Shown here piece after piece: positions 55,249 to 64,000 of a stretch of 64,000 bases of DNA (position 1 is its first letter; the number at the start of each line of letters is the position of its first letter). The stretch covers positions 7,502,001 through 7,566,000 of the forward strand of contig OX597839.1 of assembly GCA_951406725.2 (NCBI GenBank). The letters are read 5' to 3'. Both the position numbers and the translations under genes were made by a program. This DNA is from Octopus vulgaris. Lineage: Eukaryota. Under the pieces are notes generated by a model. The model did not search any database and was not told the DNA's origin. It was given only the letters and a program-made list of their open reading frames with translations.

Positions 55249-55462
55249 CACGACGGGCTTCTTTCAATTTCCGTCTACCCAACATCGCTTGACAGCCGAT
55301 GGTGGTGTGTTTACTTGCCCGCAACTTAGCGGTTCGGCAAAAGACACCGATGGAATAAGTACGAGGCTTACAAAGAATAAGTCCTGGGTCGATTTGCTCG
55401 ACTAAAGGTGGTGCTCCAGCATGGCCAAAGTCAAATGACTGAAACAAGTAAAAGGGTAAAGA
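54793..55462. mobile_element. SINE-A (plus) whose middle is replaced by an inverted SINE-A 3' portion (~54985-55278)
   Basis: The order is plus head, minus tail and middle, plus tail. Confidence 0.85.
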
Positions 55463-55777
55463 GTATGCATGGGACGCTTGCATTCAGAGCTTGGAATTTC
55501 CCGACAGCATCGTATATAATTGTATCTGATTTACTGCTGTCGTCCGTCAGTTATCCTACGTATCTATTACAAGCAGCATCTACGTATCTTTTCCTACGTA
55601 TCTATTACAGTACTTTATTTCAGTGATATTGGAACACGCTTATATTTTGTTACATGTCCCGTCTGAAAAGACATACGAACCAACACTTGAATCAATAAAA
55701 ACAGGAGTCCTTTGACAGAAATTGTTATTTTCATGTTGACGAAGATGTTATATATATTTCTGGGCAGATGGTTAATT

Positions 55778-55917
55778 AGGGTACTTATTTTATCGAACCC
55801 CTAAAGATGAAAATAGAGTCGACCCCAGCGGAATCTGAACTCAGAAGGAAAAGACGGACGAAACCGCTACTAAACATTTCTGCCTGGCGTGCTAACGATT
55901 CTGCCAACTCGGCGCCT
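55778..55917 (-). mobile_element. Degraded SINE-B
   Basis: Contains GGTACTTATTTTATCG..GCGGAATCTGAACTCAG..GGCGTGCTAACG. Confidence 0.75.
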
Positions 55918-55949
55918 TCACGCTAAGTATAATATTAATGTCGATATCC

Positions 55950-55953
55950 ATGG

Positions 55954-55999
<46 letters not shown>

Positions 56000-56121
56000 G
56001 GTGGTGGTGGTGGTGGTGGTGGTGGTGGTGGTGGTGGTAGTGGTGGTGGTGGTGGTGGTGGTGGTGGTGGTGGTGATGGTGATGATGATGATAATGATGT
56101 TGCTGGTAGTGGTGGTGATGA

Positions 56122-56154
<33 letters not shown>

Positions 56155-56480
56155 CGGAGATGATGGTGAGGATTATGATGCTGGTGATGATGATGATGTA
56201 GATGATGATGATGGTGGTGGTGGAAGTGATGGTGATGATGATGATGATGATGATAGTGGTGATGATGATGGTGGTGGTGGTGATGGTGGTGGAGATGATG
56301 GTGATGATTATGATGTTGGTGATGATGATGATGAAGAAGATGTAGATGATGATGATGGTGGAGGTGATGATGATGATGATGATGATGATAATAGTGGTGG
56401 TGCTGGTGGTGCTGGTGATGTTGATGATGCTGATGATGGTGATGATGATGATGATGATGATGGAGATGGGGATGCGGAGG
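55950..56480. repeat. (GAT/GGT)n patterned low-complexity tract
   Basis: Read directly; related to 61790-62270 on the opposite strand. Confidence 0.9.
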
Positions 56481-56909
56481 AGATGAAGGAAGAAGGGAAG
56501 GACTTGGGGGGTGGGAGAAAGATGACAATGTGACGTTTGTTGACCAACCGTGACGACTGCGACAACCGAAAAGTACATTGACGACGTGCATCGTGATATG
56601 CGGGGGGGGAAAGGGGGGGGAGACGGCGACGAAGTTTATCTGATGAAGATAATGGTGGTGATGACGATGCCAGCTATCGTGGTAGTGGTAGTGGTGGTGG
56701 TGACGGTCGTGATAGTGGTGGCGGCGATGGCATTGATGATTGTTGAGATCATATCAAAAAAAAAAAAATGCCCGACTTCACATGCAACGCATTAATATAT
56801 ATAATCGCTATCTGTTTCACAAGCAACACGCCAAGTTGTCAGTCACCCTGAAGTGATTAACACTTCTAATGTTACCAAATAAACACCGGTATACACCATT
56901 ATACGTATG

Positions 56910-56984
<75 letters not shown>

Positions 56985-57143
56985 ATATATAATCATCATA
57001 ACATAACAACACAGCGTAGCATAACATAACAAGCTTCACATAAAACACGATACATGTGTGTGTGTGTGTGTGTGAATAAATGGATATATGTATGTATGCT
57101 TATATACATGTGTGCGCGCATATATATATATATATATATACAT

Positions 57144-57188
<45 letters not shown>

Positions 57189-57254
57189 CACACACAAATA
57201 TATATATAATATATATATATACATACACACATATATATATATATGTACACACAG

Positions 57255-57320
<66 letters not shown>

Positions 57321-57673
57321 AGTATATGCGTGTGTGTCTGTATAAGTATTTCTACGTTACTAAAATAACACTGTGTGTGAGTCCGTCAGGTTTTAACCTC
57401 GACCTTCATAAACAATTTGAGCTGCAATTGACGCATTCGGCTTTCGAGATGATTTGGGTGTGTCGTGCGTAGATGAAGGAGGCGGGGAGATCCACGAAAT
57501 CTATTATGTACTTTCATATTCATACTTTCCATCGTTCTGCATTTTTATCTTTTGCCTTTTTATGTATAGTATATCAGACTGTCTGCCTCTATGCTGTCTC
57601 CCCCCTCTCTCTCTTTGGACATATATATGCGCATATATATATATATATACATATATATGTGTTTGTGCGTGTA

Positions 57674-57862
57674 AGCAGAAACAAGGAAAATGCCACTGTA
57701 TTTGAACACTATACAAATATTCTTTTAAAAACACTTTTCTTTTAATTTTTCTAAATTTAATTATTTCATTGCTGCAGTTGAATAAGTCTCAAAGACTGAA
57801 ACCGGTACTGAAATGTTTTTTATAAAATTATTTTAGCATTTTCTATCTTGACTTGTTTTTCC
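57674..57862 (+). mobile_element. Second copy of the 32706 repeat family
   Basis: Reverse-complement match to 32706-32881. Confidence 0.75.
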
Positions 57863-58136
57863 ATATATATATATATGTGTATATATATATGTATATATAC
57901 ATATACATACATACATAAACACATACATATATGCATATATACGTAGGTATATATGCATATATATGTATGTATATATGCATATATACGTACCTATATACAT
58001 ATATGCATATATATATGTCTATATATGTATATATATATCTATATCTATATATATATACATATATATATACATATATATTTATATGTACATATGTAATGCA
58101 TATGTGTATGTATATGAATAACCATCATCTCACACC

Positions 58137-58184
58137 ATCTCCGATGAAGGGATATAGTAAATATCCTGGAAACAGCTGTAAGAT
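58137..58184 (+). ncRNA. Minimal type-I hammerhead-ribozyme-like motif (U4C core variant)
   Basis: ATCT-CCGATGA-A-GGGATAT(AGTAA)ATATCCT-G-GAAA-C(AGCT)G-TA-AGAT shows stems I, II and III, a GUA cleavage triplet and a palindromic loop 3. Confidence 0.6.
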
Positions 58185-58833
58185 ATTCTAGAAGTTCAAG
58201 TTCCGATAGCCCATTACATTTTAAACTTTAGCATACAGCGTTTTCTCTAGAATTGTTTTCCCTACTACCGCCGTATGACAACAGGGCAGAAAACTCATAC
58301 GGTGATATAATGCACCTACAGTGTGTTAAAGGTTAAACTGCATAGTGTCTGAATAATCCGACACCCGTGGAAAATATTTCTTAAGTAGATCCAGCGTCGT
58401 ACAGTGTGATAAAGATGATTTATAAAATGCAGATATAATTTTTCCACTGGGTTTCTTTATACTTCTGTCTACCCAACGTCACTCATGAGCCTTGCGCCGA
58501 TTAAGGGGTAAAGGCGCTCGCCCAAGATGGTCCACAATGACATTGATGTATATATGTGCATCTTTTATCTTTTTTTGTGTGTCACCCATTTGAGTGCGGC
58601 CATGCTGGCATACGGCCTTGAAGAATTTGTTTAGTCGAAAGAATCGACTGCAGTGCATTTTGTGTTTTTTTTTATTTTGTTTCTAAGCCAGGAAATTATT
58701 TTCTTGGCTTCATTTGCCGAACTGCTAAGTTACAGGAAGTTAAGCACACCAAAACAGGCTGTCAAGCTGTAGCAGGGGATGCAAACACACGCACAAGGAC
58801 AGACACACAGACACACACATTATATTATATTTG

Positions 58834-58879
<46 letters not shown>

Positions 58880-58960
58880 AGTATACATAAATACATAAAT
58901 ATATATATATATATATATATGTATATATGTGCGTGGTGTATATACGTATGAATATGTATG

Positions 58961-59302
<342 letters not shown>

Positions 59303-59965
59303 CATGGGTGTTTAGTTCACAGGTGTATATATTTATATTTGCATTGGTCATTACGCCATCATACTATCATATACAGACATACATTCACACATATCGACAA
59401 CACACAGAAATAGCACTCACTCATACATACACACACAGAAGACACGCACACATGACCATACGTATATATCCACATTCACATCTCAACATCCATCCATCCA
59501 TCCATCCATCGATATTACCAGTGTATATATTCCAAACCGAGAATCGATCAGCAGCAGAATCTACACCTCCGTCATCCGCCCGGCTATATATATATTAACT
59601 CGTTCCTCCGTTTTTAAAACTGCTAACATCGACTGCTAGAAATGCGACCAGCAGTAAGACACATCCTAAATCTAGTCATGACGTCACAGTGTTTATAGGG
59701 AGACAAACCACTGGTGTTGCTCAAGCTGTCTTCGTGTTTCATTAGAAGTGGTGTAGAGGGGGGAATTAGGCTGCTAGGGACAGCGGAGTGTAGAAGTATG
59801 TGACATACTTGCCTTCTCTCTCTCTCTCTATCTCTCTCTCCCCCCTCTCTCTCTTCCTTTCTCTTTCTTTCTTTTCCTCTCTGCCTTTTTCACTATGTGA
59901 ATTCATTCCCTCACATTTTTTTTGTATTACCGGTGATGTACAAGTTCTTATACGTATATATATAC

Positions 59966-60018
<53 letters not shown>

Positions 60019-60194
60019 TATATATATTTAGTTATTAGATTATATTTATCATTCATTTTATACTTTTTGAAATATATATATATATATATATATATCATAT
60101 CATATTAATTATATTTATATTATTTGTTATTTATGTATTATATCTAGCACTGTTTGAGTTGCATAATAGTGGTTTTATCTCTAATTCATATTTT

Positions 60195-60255
<61 letters not shown>

Positions 60256-60922
60256 AGCCAAACAAGAAAGCACAAAAAAAAAACAACAACGTGAGGACGT
60301 GGAACAAATATAGTATTATTGGACGCTCATGTGTGTGTGTGTATTTCTGTATGCACATATATACATCGGTCTCTCACACATACACGTACTCAACACACAT
60401 ATGAACATGTGCATTTACACATACATATACAACACACACATATATATATATACCTGGTCTGTCGAAGACCATCCCGTCGGACCTGCATTCCTTGATGTCT
60501 ACATCGAATTTTGAACGTGATTAAAGTATATTTACGCCTATTTCTAGCAGTACGTGCTCCTGCATTGACGTTCCCCAGTCTGACCCTCTGTGTGTGTGTG
60601 TGTGTGATCATATGCTTTACTTTTGCTCTATGTGTGTGTGTGCTTGTAACTTTTGTATGTACGTTGTGTTTCGGCTTCAAGTGTATGTATTTCTTTGTCT
60701 GTGATGAATATGTCTGTCTCTCTATAAGCTGTGTTTAATATGAAATGTGTGTGTGTTTGTGTGTGTGTGTCTATTTTTGTGTGTGTGTCTATTTTTGTGT
60801 GTGTTGGTTGCTGTGTATATGTGCGTGTTTGTGTATTATGTGTGTGTGTTTGTGCGCTGTGTGAGTGTGCGAGGTGCGTTCGTTTGCGTAGTGCGTGTGT
60901 ACTCACGTGTAAATGTATATAT

Positions 60923-61153
60923 ATTTCTTTACTACCCACAAGGGGCTAAACATAGAGGGGACAAACAAGGACAGACAAAGGGATTAAGTCGATTACATCG
61001 ACCCCAGTGCGAAACTGGTACTTTATTTATCGACCCCGAAAGGATGAAAAGCAAAGTCAACCTCGGCGGAATTTGAACTCAGAACATAACGAAAGACGAA
61101 ATACCGCTAAGCATTTCGCCCGGCGCGCTAACGTTTCTGCCAGCTCGCCGCCT
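60923..61153 (-). mobile_element. SINE-B, full length, with TSD
   Basis: Flanked by CTCAC(G/A)TGTAAATGTATATAT (60902-60922 and 61154-61174). Confidence 0.93.
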
Positions 61154-61789
61154 CTCACATGTAAATGTATATATTAGTAGTTAGATGTGTTTGTGAGTTT
61201 GCCGGTGCGTGTGTGTATATGTGACTCTTTGTATTGATTACGTGTATTTGCGTAAGTTTGTGGTGTGTGTGTGTGTATGTGTGTATGTGTGTGTGTGTAA
61301 GTGATGCCTAGCACATGTTCGTCTGGTTAGTGGCATCTCGTGTGAATGTTTGTTACATTTTATACACGTAACACTAAATATGAAATTATGGCCGAATCGT
61401 TAGGAATTTTGCTTCGCAAAAATGAAATGCCAGGTTCGATCCCAATACAGGTCATCTTGTGCCATCTATCCTTAAATGCCGGAACAATCTAAGTCTCGTG
61501 AACGTAACTGCGCTGACAGAAACTTTGTGAAAGCCAACAAAACGGACTGTGCCTCTTGTGCCACTACTTCAAAGCGCAGCCTCGTCATATAGACGCGCAT
61601 ACGTCGCAGTTCTTCTCTTTTGAGGTATATGTTAAAAGGACACATAGCTGTGGAATACTCAGCCGTTTCTTTACAATACTCAACTCAGCTCAACTCAACA
61701 CTCAACTACATTCAACGTTGAGCTCAAAGCAGGTTTTTAAGCAGTTGGAATGATTGACTAACTAGCGTCGAAATTGACCCACGACAAAT

Positions 61790-61958
61790 AAATACCACCA
61801 CCACCACTACCACCGCAACTATCACCATCGTCATCATCCTCATCCTCATCATCACCAACACCACCCCCACTATCATCATCATCATCATCACCATCACCTC
61901 CACCACCACCATCATCATCATCTACATCATCTTCATCATCATCATCACCATCATCTCC

Positions 61959-62018
<60 letters not shown>

Positions 62019-62270
62019 GTCATCATCATCATCATCATCATCATAATCATCACCATCATCATCACCACCAACACTATCAGCATCATTATCACCCAACATC
62101 GTCGTCTTATTTGTCATCTTCCTCATCATCATCACCATCAGCATCATCATCAACCTCACCATCATCATCACTATCGTCGTCGTCGTCGTCGTCATTATGA
62201 TTATCATCACCCTCAGCCGCCACCACCACCACCTCTACCGCCACCTCCACCGCCACCACCGGCGACGACA
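61790..62270. repeat. (CAT/CAC)n patterned low-complexity tract
   Basis: Read directly from sequence. Confidence 0.9.
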
Positions 62271-62560
62271 ATAACAACAACAGCAATGTTTTGATGTTGT
62301 ATTTCAGGCATGCATGTAAGTAGTGTTTTGCTGTCTGCATATGAATACAAGTGAGTGTTTGTGTGTGTGTGTGTGTGTGTATGCGTGCGTGCGTGCTTCT
62401 ATGAGTGTGTGTGAGTATAAGTGTGTGTGTGAGTATAACTGTATGTAAATTAGTTTGTTGGTTCATGTATGTGTAAATGCGTGTGGTGTATGTCCCGCAT
62501 AACGTGTGTGTCACCGACCTGTATAGTTATGTGTTCTATATATGCTATAACTCGCGCGCG

Positions 62561-62617
<57 letters not shown>

Positions 62618-62669
62618 ACACACTCACACACACACACACACACACACACAGGCGTGTATACACGTTGTA

Positions 62670-62882
62670 AGAGAGGGTGCTGAAAAATTCCTGGCTCTAA
62701 GGGTATCTATTATGAAAGGCCTGGATGGGGCCCCATCCTTCTGAGTCCTTGTACAGGGCTTAGAAAAACTGAAGGAACGCTGCGAAATGTATGTGGATCT
62801 GAGACAGGAATATGTTGAATAAAATCATAATTAAGAGATCCTCCTGTATTTTCATTAACCAGGAACTTTTTAGCACCTCTCG
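62670..62882 (+). mobile_element. Mariner-derived MITE retaining the transposase C-terminus
   Basis: TIRs GAGGGTGCTGAAAAATTCCTGG and CCAGGAACTTTTTAGCACCTCTCG|TA. It encodes QGLEKLKERCEMYVDLRQEYVE*, similar to the mariner end GIxKLxERWxKCxxxxGxYVE. Confidence 0.82.
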
Positions 62883-62912
62883 TATACACACACACACACA
62901 CGCACGCGCGCA

Positions 62913-63250
62913 AGAAGGGTGCTGAAAAGTCCCTAGTTTTAGGGTATCGTGAAAGCCTTGGCTGGAGGGTTGGAATTCCTAGTTGCTTTATAGGGTTGCT
63001 TTACAGGGTTGCTTTACACCATCATCATCATCATCATCATCACCACCACTAATAATGATGATGGTGATGCTGATGATGATGCTGATGGTGATAATGATGA
63101 TGAGTTGCTTTAGTAAAATAGAACGACCTCTGCAATGAGTGTGTGAATCTGAGAGGGGGAATATTTTGAATAAAATCATAATCGACCGACCCCCGACCCC
63201 CCTGTATTTTCTTTTACCCAAACCCAAGAATCTCTCAGCACCCCCCAACG
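62913..63250 (+). mobile_element. Second, more decayed copy of the mariner MITE, interrupted by (CAT)n/(GAT)n
   Basis: Contains AGGGTGCTGAAAAGT.. and ATCTGAGAGGGGGAATATTTTGAATAAAATCATAAT..TCAGCACCCC. Confidence 0.75.
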
Positions 63251-63764
63251 TATTTCGATAGTTTTCTTGTTTATGCAACGGCTATTGTTATTGTTGTGGT
63301 TGCTGGAGTTGTTGCAGTTTATTATTTTTATTACTGCTGCTGCTGCTGTTGTTGACGTTCTTGCTGCTGCTGCTACTGCGGCTGCTGCTGCTATCGTGTT
63401 GCCGCAGTTGTGGCTGTTAGAGCTGTCCTCATTTTGTTTGTATTTTAAGTTTTATTGTTGTTATTCTTCTTTAACCCCAGGACAGACCAATCAAGTAGAC
63501 CTATCTAAAGTATTCCAACAGTGACCAGTTTCTCTTTTACACTATGGGGATGACTCAGAATTCTGTTATCCAACTTATTGTGTTTTTTTTTGTTTTTTAT
63601 ATTAGTGATTTTAAGATTTGGCTGCTATTTCGACCATGTCTGAGCATGCTCATAGAGGCAAACACATATCTTCTATATAAGGCTGTATTTTGTGTGTATA
63701 ATATGTGTCATTTTTTACATGCATACATCTATATGTAATATTTACATACATATATGCGTGACCA

Positions 63765-63900
63765 CCAGGTGAGAAGTTTCCTTTTCAACCCCATGATACA
63801 GTGTTCAAGCCTGCTGCGTGACACATTAGGCTAGTTTCTTCAAGGACATCTTTCGGCGTTGTGAGTAGATTTCGTAGACGGAAACTGAAAGAGGCACGTA
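63765..63900 (+). mobile_element. Highly degraded SINE-A 5' half
   Basis: Contains TTGTGAGTAGATTTCGTAGACGGAAACTGAAAGA. Confidence 0.65.
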
Positions 63901-64000
63901 GTGTATATATTTATTCAAACATACATACACACATACATACATATATATATACATGTGTATATATATATATAAATTTACATCTAATATAGAATATAATTTT

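Noticed and set aside
55892-56591. 218-aa poly-His and 228-aa poly-Ile/Thr ORFs
   Set aside because: They are alternative frames of a (CAT/CAC)n repeat with no domain or splice support.

Overview
This is AT-rich eukaryotic DNA dominated by repeats. The SINE families and the very high density of (TA)n, (CA)n, (TATG)n and (AAT)n repeats look like an octopus (coleoid cephalopod) intron or intergenic region; this is recognition from memory, not a database result. I cannot confidently call any protein-coding host gene, and nearly all ORFs in the track are microsatellite artefacts. Supported content: at least four tRNA-derived SINE families (about 35 copies or fragments, labelled A-D here); the 3' end of a CR1-group LINE; an internally deleted L1/Tx1-type LINE with tandem 5' monomers; four insertions of a Merlin-like MITE (GG termini, 8-bp TSD) carrying internal TTAGGG repeats; mariner- and Tc2-type MITEs; a decayed tRNA-Glu(TTC); and several long inverted repeats. 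The most notable signal is a ~180-bp element with fixed ends that sits in (TA)n tracts and carries a minimal type-I hammerhead-ribozyme fold with a non-canonical core (CUGUAGA). Two other repeats carry similar variant hammerhead folds. Also notable are a compensated stem-loop shared by the LINE and SINE-A tails, and inverted duplications centred on (TA)n.
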